From assembly GCA_041521345.1 (NCBI GenBank), contig JBGOHB010000002.1: DNA of 32,000 nucleotides. The stretch is one strand, 5' to 3'. This document shows positions 9,025 to 19,021 of the stretch, piece after piece. The notes under the pieces are model-generated. The model did not search any database. It was not told the origin of the DNA and saw only the letters and a list, made by a program, of their open reading frames with translations. The position numbers and the translations under genes are program-made. Each line of letters starts with the position of its first letter. Position 1 is the stretch's first letter. Origin of the DNA: Virgibacillus oceani (GTDB lineage: Bacteria > Bacillota > Bacilli > Bacillales > Amphibacillaceae).

Positions 9025-9365
9025 AAACTTCATTCAGTAGGGGTTTTCTTTTCATCCCCCACTGAATGTTAGCACCGCAAGGGTATGACCTAAAGGCCCT
9101 TGAACGAATCGGGCCGTTACTGGCTGTTGGATCTCCCACTTAGCATTTTCATGTTTCCTTCATGCTTGAAGTGGGAGTCTTACGACGTACAGGACGTGCT
9201 AGTGCCGACAATGCCACAATTCTTTATGATGGGACGAGGAACTACTGTCCCGTAGTCCCAAAGGTTTTCGGTGGGACGAGCATTTACGCACAGTCCCAGG
9301 ACGTGGCGTTTTTGTCGGCCAGCCAGTTACACTGCGATAAATCTATAGCAAATCAAACATACTTA
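9025..9365. repeat. GC-rich mosaic intergenic repeat, copy A (inverted relative to copy C)
   Basis: Shares modules with 18628-18912 in reverse complement. For example, 9185-9204 matches the reverse complement of 18778-18797 at 18 of 20 positions. Contains strong hairpins at 9031-9068 and 9132-9178. Confidence 0.7.
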
Positions 9366-9370
9366 CAATT

Positions 9371-10546
9371 TCAAAAAACTTTACGCAACGGCTGCTTTTT
9401 AAGATAGGTCAAAGTTCTCCAGACCCATTCGAGCGGGCCAAACCGAAAACGCTGAAACCACCATTTGCTGAAAAACACCTGGAAAATGAACACAATCATT
9501 ACAATAACAACACCGATCGTTGGGCTTACCGACCCATATAAACCAAACCCAACACCGTAAAACAAAGTAAAACTTATTACGGACTGAAAAACATAGTTGG
9601 TTAATGCCATTCTTCCAACATAGATAAAGGGTTTGATTAATTTTTTTCCAAGTTCTGTTTGTGCCATGATCGTAATGGATAAAAGATAAAATATCGCTGA
9701 AGCAGTACCGCCAATATTATCTTGAATATAAGAAAACCACGTTGGATTTCCATAAAAGTACGGACCCAATTTAAAAGCAATAAATAGAACGAATGAGATA
9801 TACCAAAGCCGTTTTAATAAGGACAGATGTTTCTTCGGTTCATGAAAAATCCGCTGCCTTGCAGCATACATCCCAAACAGGAACAATGGTAATAGTATTC
9901 CCGCTAAAGGCAAGTATGCTATCCCGCCATTTGCATAAACCCAGTCATTGTAATTTTGGGATAAAATAACCAAAAGACTTGATTCCTGATAATTCTCGAA
10001 TGCCTGACTCACCGCTGCTACGCTATACCAGTCCAAGTGATCCCTCACCTGGTACAGGAGCAGTGTAAATAATCCCACGGTTACGGATAATAGGACCATC
10101 CCCCACATCAATATTGTCCGGCTTCTTACCTGCAGGAAAAACAACAATAACAGGCCGATGATTCCATAACTCAATAGTATATCTCCATGCCAAAGCAAGA
10201 AAGAATGGATGAAACCGAAACCAATTAATACAATCAACCTTCTCAGCAATATCATATAAAATGCTATATTTTTTTCTGCGAGTCTATCTGTCATTAATTG
10301 GATACTGAAACCGAATAAAAATGAGAATAACGTATAAAAGCTAGCCTGAAAGAAAATATCAATGATAGCTTGAATAAACTGATCTATGGGAGAAGTCCAT
10401 ACATCCTCCGCACCACCATACAAAAAGTAAGGAGCTGAAAAGCCTAAAATATTGACGATGAAAATTCCAAATATGGCAAACCCTCTTGCTGCATCGATCC
10501 ATACAAGCCGATTTTTCTCATTAATTGGCGAAGCTGCTGTTGGCAT
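9371..10546 (-). CDS. DUF418 domain membrane protein (YeiB-like)
   Basis: N-terminus R..WIDAARGFAIFGIFIVN and about 10 TM segments, with the C-terminal GPLEW motif typical of DUF418. Confidence 0.8.
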   Translation of the reverse strand: MPTAASPINEKNRLVWIDAARGFAIFGIFIVNILGFSAPYFLYGGAEDVWTSPIDQFIQAIIDIFFQASFYTLFSFLFGFSIQLMTDRLAEKNIAFYMILLRRLIVLIGFGFIHSFLLWHGDILLSYGIIGLLLLFFLQVRSRTILMWGMVLLSVTVGLFTLLLYQVRDHLDWYSVAAVSQAFENYQESSLLVILSQNYNDWVYANGGIAYLPLAGILLPLFLFGMYAARQRIFHEPKKHLSLLKRLWYISFVLFIAFKLGPYFYGNPTWFSYIQDNIGGTASAIFYLLSITIMAQTELGKKLIKPFIYVGRMALTNYVFQSVISFTLFYGVGFGLYGSVSPTIGVVIVMIVFIFQVFFSKWWFQRFRFGPLEWVWRTLTYLKKQPLRKVF

Positions 10547-10653
10547 ATTTCATCCCGGCCTTTCGTAAAAAAATGGACTTCTTTATATATGACTGTCTTC
10601 TAAAATAATTTTGTTTTTGAAGCAAACTTAGGACATATATTACTATACTAGTA

Positions 10654-10825
10654 GGCCGAATACACGTAGACTCCTGCGGGAGGACAGGCATCGGTGAGAC
10701 CCCGCGGTGCGCCAATATTGAAGGCCCGACTAAAACCGCCCTTTGCGGGCAACGTCGGCATCCCCCTTGTCGAGGCAAGGGGGATCACCAGCCGCCCGAG
10801 GAAAGCGAAGTGTGTTCGGACTGCC
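10654..10825. repeat. GC-rich mosaic intergenic repeat, copy B
   Basis: The 5' end matches copy C at 42 of 49 positions (10655-10703 vs 18628-18676). Termini form a 10-bp helix (10656-10665 with 10810-10819). An internal module is shared with copy D. Confidence 0.75.
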
Positions 10826-11175
10826 GATTGAGTAAAAATAGACCCCCATAATCCGCAAAAGCATTATCCGTAAAATAAAGCGCCACCCAGAAACCGGATA
10901 TGACTGGCAGCACATTCACGATTAATACGGTTGCATAAAAAAGAGATCTGAGATCAGAAAGTAATGTTGATCGCTTACTATGATATACAAATTTATCCTA
11001 GTACTTTATATAATATATCCTTCCGAAATAGGTGAAAAAACATAATCATTTCAAGTATTTATATCATATCACGGAATGAAAGAGGACAACAGTTATACAG
11101 CGATTGCAAGATATATAATATTAAAATTACCTGCTTAAGAGAAGTTTTCAGGTAGTCATTGCGTGTGAAAACAGC

Positions 11176-11208
11176 AAAAAGCGAGTGTCCTTAAAATTAG
11201 ACACTCGC
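11176..11208 (-). terminator. second of two tandem terminators after addA
   Basis: Stem GCGAGTGTC / GACACTCGC, followed on the minus strand by a T-run. Confidence 0.7.
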
Positions 11209-11209
11209 T

Positions 11210-11246
11210 AAAAAAAGAAGCCAACCCTCATATGAAGGTTGGCTTC
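11210..11246 (-). terminator. first terminator after addA
   Basis: Stem GAAGCCAACC / GGTTGGCTTC, followed on the minus strand by TTTTTTT. Confidence 0.8.
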
Positions 11247-11252
11247 TACAAT

Positions 11253-14200
11253 TTACTCACCTGGCACTTCCAATAAAAGCTGCCTGGAAAAGAAATATAA
11301 ATATGCTTCTTTCACCGGCTCTTTCCATATTTGTTCAACGGCTTGCCGGTACAAGTTCAGCTGTGTTTCATACCTTTTCATCAGTTTTCTTTTTGCCTGT
11401 GTGTCCACCTCTTCAGGAATGGCATCCGTTTTATAATCCATGATAATCCAGCCATCTTCTTTTGGAATCAGGCAATCAATAACGCCCTGAATCAGCACCT
11501 GCTCCTCCGTTCCATCTGCCAAGTCAGCATATACTTCATTTGCCGGCAAGGTAAGGCTGAAAGGGACTTCCCGATGTACATTTTCTACTTCTCTCATATA
11601 ACCTGCAATTGGTGTAGCAAAAAAACCTGCTATAGCTGAATAATCAATGATCGACGCTTGTTCCTGCGTTAGTATTTCTTTTGCTGCCAGAAATTCCACA
11701 AATTCTGCAATCTCATCTTCACTTAAAGCTCTGTTCATTGGGATGTGCTGCATTACCGTATGCATTGCTGTACCTTTTTCCGCTGAAGTAATAGTTTTCT
11801 TTTTCTGTATAAAATTAGGCCGTTTTACTATTGGCGCCTTAAATTGCTGGACAAGCTGGTCTGAGCTGTATTCGTCCTTGATTTCCTGCTGTCTTTTTAT
11901 TTCGGTTACCGTTTGTTTCGCCCTCAACGCAGCTGCTTCCTTGAAACCATAAGTAAAGGATAAACGTTGATCTACTGCCTGCTCCAGACTTTCATCAGCT
12001 ACAGAAGCCTTCTCCCAGTTGACAATAGTACGCTTTAGCTCTTCCTTCTTGTCTCCCTCGGCTTCATCTATATTGACAAGCTCACTCCCATGTAAAATAG
12101 TTACATCCCATGTGGATGGATCAAGGTGAATCTCATTTAATGTTGAAATCAGCTCCATTTCTCCACGTAGCAGGTTGTTATCTTCGTGTCTGATAAGGGC
12201 TGGCCCTACCCAATCCAGATAAGTTTTGGATTCCATCCGAAAATGTGCGGGGAGCACCCACTGGGCGTGATCAATCATTCTTTCCCACTTTTTCCGTTTA
12301 TCTTCCATCGAATTGACGTTTCCGACCATAACGAGTTTTTCTTTTGCTCTGGTTAACGCCACATATAAAACCCGCATTTCTTCAGCCAAAAGCTCTCGCA
12401 GTTTTTCCTGTTTTAAAGCATGATAAAAAAGTGTCGGGTACGTGATTCGTTTTACGGGATCGATATATTTGGAAGCAAACCCCATTTCTTTATGGAGTAA
12501 ATACTGCTGATTTAAATCCATTAAATTAAACTGCTTATCCATTGCGCCTAAAATGACCACCGGGAATTCAAGCCCTTTACTTTTGTGAATGGTCATGATT
12601 CTTACGACATCTTCCTGCTCGCTCAGTGCTCTTGCCGCACCAAGATCATCATTATTTTCCTCCATCCGCTCAATGAAGCGTAAGAATCTGAACAGACCGC
12701 GAAATGATGTTTCTTCATATGTTCCTGCCCGGTCATAAAGTGCCCTCAGGTTTGCTTGCCGCTGACGACCGCCAGGCATACCGCCGACAAAGTCGTAGTA
12801 GCCTGTCTCCATATAAATATCCCAGATTAATTCCGATAATGCTCCCTGTCTTGAGGCAAATCGAAATTCCTCCAATTTTTCAAGAAACGCTTTAATTTTG
12901 TCTGAGGTATTATTCCGATTGGTATCTATATAGCTTTTCATAGCTTCATAAAAATAGGATCCTCTTTTCGCCAACCGAATAGCAGCTAATTCCTCTTCAT
13001 TTAAGCCTACAATTGGTGAACGTAAAACGGAAGCCAGCGGAATATCCTGTCTTGGATTATCTATTACTTTGAGAAAACTAATCATCACTTTTACTTCAAT
13101 TGCTTCAAAATAACCAGTGGACAGCTCTGCATAGACAGGAATCCCTTGTTTCTTCAATTCTTCTACGATCACGGGGCCCCAATTGCTCATGGAACGCAGT
13201 AAAATGACGGCATCCCGATACTGGAAGTCCCGCTGTACTCCTGTTGATTTATCCACAACTTGCAGCGGTACTCCGCCCTTTTGTCCGATCCATGTTTTAA
13301 TTTTTTCCGCATAGAAACGAGCTTCCAGCTGAGCTTTTTCTAAATCCTGATAATCCTCTTCATCTTCTGAGACGTCTACATCTTCTTCTGCTTCTCTGTC
13401 AATTATAACGAGTTCGGGATTTGGCTCGGAGTACGGCAGTTCATCATACATTTTATTCCCATAGATTAATTCAGCGTTTTTATCATAATCAATCTCTCCC
13501 AGTTCCGCATCCAAAATTTGCCGAAAAATATAGTTTGTTCCTGTCAGTACCTGCTCCCTGCTGCGAAAATTCCGTGCTAAATCAATCCTGCTGGCCGGGT
13601 TAGTTTCTTCAGCAAAATATCCGTATTTCTGAATAAACAGCTTTGGTTCAGCATGACGAAAGCGGTAAATACTTTGTTTCACATCACCCACCATAAACAT
13701 GTTGCCTGTTCCTGTACGGTCGCTGATCAATGTCAATAAAGTTTCCTGCACCAGGTTGGTATCCTGATATTCATCAATTAATAATTCGCTGAATTTTTCT
13801 TTATAATAATGTGCTACCTTGGAAGGTACCGGTTCAACCGTTGTTGCCGATTCATCCAAAAATAATGATAAACAGTAATGCTCCAAATCAGAAAAGTCCA
13901 CAATGGCTTTTTCTTTTTTCTTTGTTGTAAATCGATCTTTAAAAGTTTTTACCAGCGCTGTCAGCTTTTTAACGACAGGTGCCATTTCCTGCATATCTTC
14001 CACATGACTGGCTAAATTTCGTTTGAACCACCTGTCTTTCATTTTATTCCAGCGTTTTTTATAGCTGTCTCTCAAGTTTTTTAATTTTTCTTTTTTCTTT
14101 TCATCACATTCTATTTTTTTCCCCGATAATCTGCCGAAGCTGCTTGATGACATAAATTCCTGCAAATTATCCCAGTTATGAAAATGGTTTAATGCTTCCT

Positions 14201-14981
14201 TTAGACCAGTAAGATCCTTTTCTATTGCATCCATATAATGAAATGGTCCGTCAGTTTCCTGGGTTAAATTGAAAGCTAGATTCATTTCATCCTGAATCGC
14301 AGCAAATTGACTTTGAACTTCGTTTTTTATAATATCCAGCCAGGACAGCTCCGACTCCTGCCAATCCGCACCTATCTCATAAGCTGTTGCGAGTTCGTCA
14401 AGCCATTCATCCGGCCACGGGTTCTGCATTGCAAAATGATATAATGACAGAATTAATTCTTCTACAGCCGCATCACTCCGGTCATTGGAAAAACGGTCTA
14501 CTACAGCGAAAAATTCATCCTGCTCTATATCCCCTGCGCCATACCATTCCTCAAACAAATCTTCCATTACTTCCTGCTTTAACAGGTCTGCTTCCATTGT
14601 ATTTGCAATCCGGAATGCAGGGTCAATATCCAGTAAATAGGCGTGCTGCTTTACGACATCCAAGCAAAAGGAATGCAAGGTAGAGATCGAAGCACGCTGC
14701 AGAAGAGATAACTGCTTTTTCAAATGGATTGATGACGGATCTGCTGCAACTGCCTTTTCCAAAGCAGCACCAACCCGGTTGCGCATTTCCTGGGCAGCTG
14801 CATTGGTAAAAGTTACGACAAGCAGGGAATCAATATCTACCGGATTTTCTTTATCTAACAGTTTTTGAATAATACGTTCCACGAGCACTGCCGTTTTGCC
14901 GGAACCTGCCGCAGCAGCGACAAGCACATCCTTCCCTGAAGTATAAATAGCTTCTTCCTGTTCTATTGTCCATTTGACCAT
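11253..14981 (-). CDS. addA: ATP-dependent helicase/nuclease subunit A (AddA)
   Basis: 1242 aa. UvrD-type Walker A VAAAAGSGKT and a C-terminal RecB-type nuclease domain. TGATG junction with addB. Confidence 0.97.
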   Translation of the reverse strand: MVKWTIEQEEAIYTSGKDVLVAAAAGSGKTAVLVERIIQKLLDKENPVDIDSLLVVTFTNAAAQEMRNRVGAALEKAVAADPSSIHLKKQLSLLQRASISTLHSFCLDVVKQHAYLLDIDPAFRIANTMEADLLKQEVMEDLFEEWYGAGDIEQDEFFAVVDRFSNDRSDAAVEELILSLYHFAMQNPWPDEWLDELATAYEIGADWQESELSWLDIIKNEVQSQFAAIQDEMNLAFNLTQETDGPFHYMDAIEKDLTGLKEALNHFHNWDNLQEFMSSSSFGRLSGKKIECDEKKKEKLKNLRDSYKKRWNKMKDRWFKRNLASHVEDMQEMAPVVKKLTALVKTFKDRFTTKKKEKAIVDFSDLEHYCLSLFLDESATTVEPVPSKVAHYYKEKFSELLIDEYQDTNLVQETLLTLISDRTGTGNMFMVGDVKQSIYRFRHAEPKLFIQKYGYFAEETNPASRIDLARNFRSREQVLTGTNYIFRQILDAELGEIDYDKNAELIYGNKMYDELPYSEPNPELVIIDREAEEDVDVSEDEEDYQDLEKAQLEARFYAEKIKTWIGQKGGVPLQVVDKSTGVQRDFQYRDAVILLRSMSNWGPVIVEELKKQGIPVYAELSTGYFEAIEVKVMISFLKVIDNPRQDIPLASVLRSPIVGLNEEELAAIRLAKRGSYFYEAMKSYIDTNRNNTSDKIKAFLEKLEEFRFASRQGALSELIWDIYMETGYYDFVGGMPGGRQRQANLRALYDRAGTYEETSFRGLFRFLRFIERMEENNDDLGAARALSEQEDVVRIMTIHKSKGLEFPVVILGAMDKQFNLMDLNQQYLLHKEMGFASKYIDPVKRITYPTLFYHALKQEKLRELLAEEMRVLYVALTRAKEKLVMVGNVNSMEDKRKKWERMIDHAQWVLPAHFRMESKTYLDWVGPALIRHEDNNLLRGEMELISTLNEIHLDPSTWDVTILHGSELVNIDEAEGDKKEELKRTIVNWEKASVADESLEQAVDQRLSFTYGFKEAAALRAKQTVTEIKRQQEIKDEYSSDQLVQQFKAPIVKRPNFIQKKKTITSAEKGTAMHTVMQHIPMNRALSEDEIAEFVEFLAAKEILTQEQASIIDYSAIAGFFATPIAGYMREVENVHREVPFSLTLPANEVYADLADGTEEQVLIQGVIDCLIPKEDGWIIMDYKTDAIPEEVDTQAKRKLMKRYETQLNLYRQAVEQIWKEPVKEAYLYFFSRQLLLEVPGE

Positions 14982-17900
14982 CAGCTTTTCCTCCCTTCAG
15001 TTAATCTTTTTAAAATCTCATCCTCTTTCATATCGGTTAATTTATGATAATTATTGTCATCCAATGATGGATCGAATTGACAGACAGAATGAAACGGACA
15101 AAAAGTACAAGCGACGTTCTGTTTATGTTTAAAGGGATTTAAATGTACGTTTCCCCCTGTTATATCAAGCCCTGCATCGACCATCAGGCCCTGCACATGG
15201 TGCTGCAGCTTTTCAAAGTTTTCCTCATCCGCAATTTTAGAATTATAAAATCCGCCCCCTTTTTTGATCGCTGCCGGCACAATTGGACTGTACCCCTGTT
15301 CCAGGTTGGTATCCATCATTTTCACTGCTTCCTCATCAGACAGCAGCAAACCGTCCATTTTAAACTTTTTAAAAATCTCATTTTCTATTTTTTCTTCACT
15401 TATTCTATCATTGCCGGAGATCATCGGGTTATGGACATGAAAATATAATACGCCTGCAGGAGTCGCTTGCACCCCGAGCCATTTTTCCGACTGGGATAAA
15501 ACAACATCCAGATACGTGAGCATTTGCAAGGCCAAACCGTAATATACTTCCAGCAAATTCAATCCTTTGGAGCTTGATTTGTAATCGATAATCCTTAGCA
15601 AGAGGGAATCTTCGTTTAATGCCTTGTCCACTCGGTCGACACGTCCCCGAAGCACAAGTTCATAGCCATTTGGCAATGCTAAAATATGTGGATCCAATGT
15701 TTGATCTTTCCCGAAACCGAGTTCAAGCCCTACTGGTGAAAACTGGCTTTGTCTTGCCTGTTCACTTAATACATAGGCTGCTCTGGCAATGACTTGCTGC
15801 AGTTTTTGCTGTATATATTTATACCGGTTGGAGCTATGCAAAATCTGATGCTGCAGCACAGGAGCAAGCTGGTGAACAGCTTTTTTCGCATACTGATCTG
15901 TATCCTGTTTCGACAATGCCGCAAAATCCCTGTTCTCCCCTTGGATCCATTCGGTAATTGTTTTTAATGCTTCATGAAATAACTGACCAATATCCGGTGC
16001 ATCCAGTTTATACGTTTTTCGTTCCTCAAGACCAAGACTGTATTTTGCAAAATGCTGATAAGAACAGCGATAGTACGTTTCCAGCCTGGATACACTGGCA
16101 TTGACCTCTTTTGGAGGATATAGTTTTTCCGCTGTTTCTGCTGATAAATCTATTGGTTTATTCTGGTAAAAAAGGCTTTGCAGGATTTTATATGTTGTAC
16201 TGTGTTTTGCATGGTTTTCCACATACCAGTTTAAAACATGCCACCAGATTTCCTTCACCGGATAACCTTTTCTGTATCTTGCAAGCTGGGCGGTCAAGGC
16301 AGATCTTGTTTTCAGTGCTGTGGTGATAAACTGATCGGCCTCAACCAATTCTTCAGGATCCTGCAATAAAATATGGTCACAGCATATTGGGTATAAATCT
16401 TCTATTCGTTTAATAAGCTGGGAAGGCATTTTTGTATTACCTTCTTCATCACTTAAAGGATAGCTGATCCAAAGCTGATCCTTGGCAGCAGTGAAGGCAA
16501 TATACATATAAAACCAGTCATCAAGCAACTGCTGTCTGCTGCTTTCCGCCAGTTTAAGCCCATGTCCTTCGAGAATCACTCGTTCCTCTTCATTAATAAT
16601 ACCGTCAGCCGGTGGTTTCATCGGCCAAATTCCTTCATTTACACCGAGCAGTAGGGCAACTTTGATGCCGCTGATTCGTGAGTGATCAATCGTACCAACA
16701 ATGACCTGATCCATACTTGGCGGAACATGGGCAAATTTCAATGCTTCAAATCCGGCATCCAGTGTGGACCTGAAGCTTGCCAGCGTCATTTTTTCTTCTC
16801 CGGCCATTTCCACCATTTCATCAAACAGCTGAATAATAGCGTCCCATACCTGCTCCTGCTCTCGCCCTTTTTCAATTTCTCCCTGCTCATCATAAAAAGC
16901 CCGCATTGCTTCCAGACGTCCAGGCACTCCAACAGCCTCGAGCAGCATATACGTTATCTCGCAAAACTCCATTACGGTTTTGGCTTTTCGGATATTTTGG
17001 TCAAAATCCCGGAGTGCATCCACGACCTGAGAGCGGTATTTATTAATTCGCTTTTGAGTCTCCATTTCTGCATCCGTCTGACCCTTTTGTTCAAAGCCGC
17101 GGAACCGCTGAAAGACCCATTCTTCTTCACTTAACCATCGTTCCCTGGAAAGAATACCGTATTCCAATACATAATTTTCCAGTTCATCAATGGCATCATT
17201 TGTTAGCGGAAGTTCCTTGTCTGAAGCAGGAATAAATCCTGTCTTCAGCACTCTGAAAATAGCATCATACCGCCAGTTTCCTTCCACAATATCCATAGTA
17301 GAACGAATAAACTCAATCAGGGAGTGATTAATCATCGTACGTTTTTCATCAATAAATACCGGAATATCATAATCTCGAAAAATGGTGGAAATTAAATCGT
17401 TATACGTATTAGCTTCCCTGATAAATAGGGCTATATCCTGATAACGGTAATTTTCATCCCGCACAAGGCGAATGATTTCCTGTGCAGCCCCTTCAACCTC
17501 TGCCCTTGGGTGCACCGCCTCCGCAATCCGAATAGGAACATCTCCTGCGTAACTTGGAGAGGGAATCGTATTAAAGTGCTGCTCCAAATGAGCAAAATAA
17601 GGACGATCTTTAAATCTTCCATCTGCAGGATTCAGATAAATCGTATCTTCTACCGGAACCCCGCTTTCTCCCGCCATCTGCGTTAATTGTTGATAAGTTT
17701 CCGCAGTTTTGTAAAACAAATCCAGTTCGGATGGTGCTTCCTGATCCACTTGATCCAAAGTGAGCGTTACAGTTACACGTTTGCATTTTTTCATCAGTGC
17801 TTCAATAACAAGCAGTTCCTTAGGAGTAAAACTATGAAAACCATCCAAATAGATTTCTGCATCCTCCAGTGCTTGCGAGAGTCCGACCTTTTCTGCCAGC

Positions 17901-18472
17901 AATTCCAACTGATCCTCACTATCAATATAGTTTTCCTGCAAAGCAAAAAGGGATTTCTCATAAATATATACTAAATCTGTCAGTTTATTTAAAAGTGCTA
18001 TCTCTTTAGGATCTTTATGTACAAAACGATCCATTCCTTCCATTTGTGCATAAAGCAGTTCCGGTGTCACATTATAACGTTTGAATTCGGTGATGATGCT
18101 TTCCAGCTGCTGTAAAAATCCCTGTTTCTCCTTTGCCTTTCCGAAAGTAAGCCATTCCCCTGTTTTCTCTTCAATAATTTTTCTAAGCATCATCTGTGTT
18201 CCAACAGAACTGATAAATTGTCTTGTAGCACCGCCTGTTTCCTGCAGCACACGCCAGGCCAGCCTTGAAAAGCTGACAACCTGTGCACGGATGCTTCCTG
18301 TTATATGTTCGTCGCGAAATAACGTGTATTCCTGCTGAAATGTCATTTGATCCGGTACAATATAAAAGATGGCAGAACCTTGCGGGTGCTCAAGCAATTT
18401 TTCTTTTATTTCATCCAATGTTCTTCCGCTTTTTCCGGTTCCGGCTCTGCCAATCAGAAATCGGACTCCCAT
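14981..18472 (-). CDS. addB: ATP-dependent helicase/nuclease subunit B (AddB)
   Basis: ATG at 18472 follows GGAGGAGTCACT. MGVRFLIGRAGTGKS start. C-terminal nuclease domain with Fe-S cysteines (CTFCPFHSVC). Confidence 0.97.
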   Translation of the reverse strand: MGVRFLIGRAGTGKSGRTLDEIKEKLLEHPQGSAIFYIVPDQMTFQQEYTLFRDEHITGSIRAQVVSFSRLAWRVLQETGGATRQFISSVGTQMMLRKIIEEKTGEWLTFGKAKEKQGFLQQLESIITEFKRYNVTPELLYAQMEGMDRFVHKDPKEIALLNKLTDLVYIYEKSLFALQENYIDSEDQLELLAEKVGLSQALEDAEIYLDGFHSFTPKELLVIEALMKKCKRVTVTLTLDQVDQEAPSELDLFYKTAETYQQLTQMAGESGVPVEDTIYLNPADGRFKDRPYFAHLEQHFNTIPSPSYAGDVPIRIAEAVHPRAEVEGAAQEIIRLVRDENYRYQDIALFIREANTYNDLISTIFRDYDIPVFIDEKRTMINHSLIEFIRSTMDIVEGNWRYDAIFRVLKTGFIPASDKELPLTNDAIDELENYVLEYGILSRERWLSEEEWVFQRFRGFEQKGQTDAEMETQKRINKYRSQVVDALRDFDQNIRKAKTVMEFCEITYMLLEAVGVPGRLEAMRAFYDEQGEIEKGREQEQVWDAIIQLFDEMVEMAGEEKMTLASFRSTLDAGFEALKFAHVPPSMDQVIVGTIDHSRISGIKVALLLGVNEGIWPMKPPADGIINEEERVILEGHGLKLAESSRQQLLDDWFYMYIAFTAAKDQLWISYPLSDEEGNTKMPSQLIKRIEDLYPICCDHILLQDPEELVEADQFITTALKTRSALTAQLARYRKGYPVKEIWWHVLNWYVENHAKHSTTYKILQSLFYQNKPIDLSAETAEKLYPPKEVNASVSRLETYYRCSYQHFAKYSLGLEERKTYKLDAPDIGQLFHEALKTITEWIQGENRDFAALSKQDTDQYAKKAVHQLAPVLQHQILHSSNRYKYIQQKLQQVIARAAYVLSEQARQSQFSPVGLELGFGKDQTLDPHILALPNGYELVLRGRVDRVDKALNEDSLLLRIIDYKSSSKGLNLLEVYYGLALQMLTYLDVVLSQSEKWLGVQATPAGVLYFHVHNPMISGNDRISEEKIENEIFKKFKMDGLLLSDEEAVKMMDTNLEQGYSPIVPAAIKKGGGFYNSKIADEENFEKLQHHVQGLMVDAGLDITGGNVHLNPFKHKQNVACTFCPFHSVCQFDPSLDDNNYHKLTDMKEDEILKRLTEGRKS

Positions 18473-18535
18473 AGTGACTCCTCCATTCAATTAAAAAGGC
18501 TGTTTTTTAAAGGATTGAGACTGAAATTTTCCGTC

Positions 18536-18600
18536 CTCGTAATGATTTAGGACTACGAGATATTCTCGTCCCACCGTAAAGATTTGTTGTTTTTCTGCAA
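18536..18600. repeat. short module of the GC-rich repeat family
   Basis: Contains the CTCGTCCCACCG / AGGACTACG / CCTCGT motifs also found in the 42-bp extra segment of copy A (9230-9280). Confidence 0.5.
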
Positions 18601-18627
18601 AACTGATATATTATTATTTTGCTATCA

Positions 18628-18912
18628 GCCGGATACACGTACACTCTTGCGGGAGAAAAGGCATCAGTGATACCCCCGTAGAGCGCGAGGAGTGCTCAAG
18701 CACGAGGTTGGTGACAACCGTCATCGACCAAGACTGCGCCAAATGCTCGCCCATCATAATACCTGTGACGTCATCTACACTAGCACATGCTGTACGTTGG
18801 GAGCTCTCCAGTCGCCGGCGGCAAAGAAGACACGCTGAAAATGGCCAACGGGAGTTTCCAGAGATGCCGATTTGTGCCTGGAGGTAAAAGCGCAGTGTAT
18901 TCGGGCTCCGGT
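18628..18912. repeat. GC-rich mosaic intergenic repeat, copy C
   Basis: 5' and 3' ends are homologous to copy B. The 10-bp terminal helix pairs 18629-18638 with 18895-18904. The interior is homologous to copy A in reverse complement. Confidence 0.75.
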
Positions 18913-19021
18913 CTGAATAGCAACAAACTATATGAACATAACCATTAAAAAGCTTCCATCTTCTATTTTACCAAAGATGGAAGCTTCTCCATAGCTATTT
19001 GCGAACAAAGGCTTAAAGCTA

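Noticed and set aside
9162-9407. 81-aa ORF inside repeat copy A, and similar ORFs at 10521-10778, 10730-10915, 18347-18550 and 19024-19212
   Set aside because: All lie inside the GC-rich mosaic repeats and lack RBSs. Homologous repeat modules occur in both orientations and with indels that would break any frame. They are treated as non-coding.
11239-18474. Many 60-150-aa ORFs antisense or out of frame within addA/addB (for example 11331-11639, 14387-14683, 16682-17134, 17687-17974)
   Set aside because: They are embedded in two long, well-supported genes with clear homology. These are shadow ORFs.
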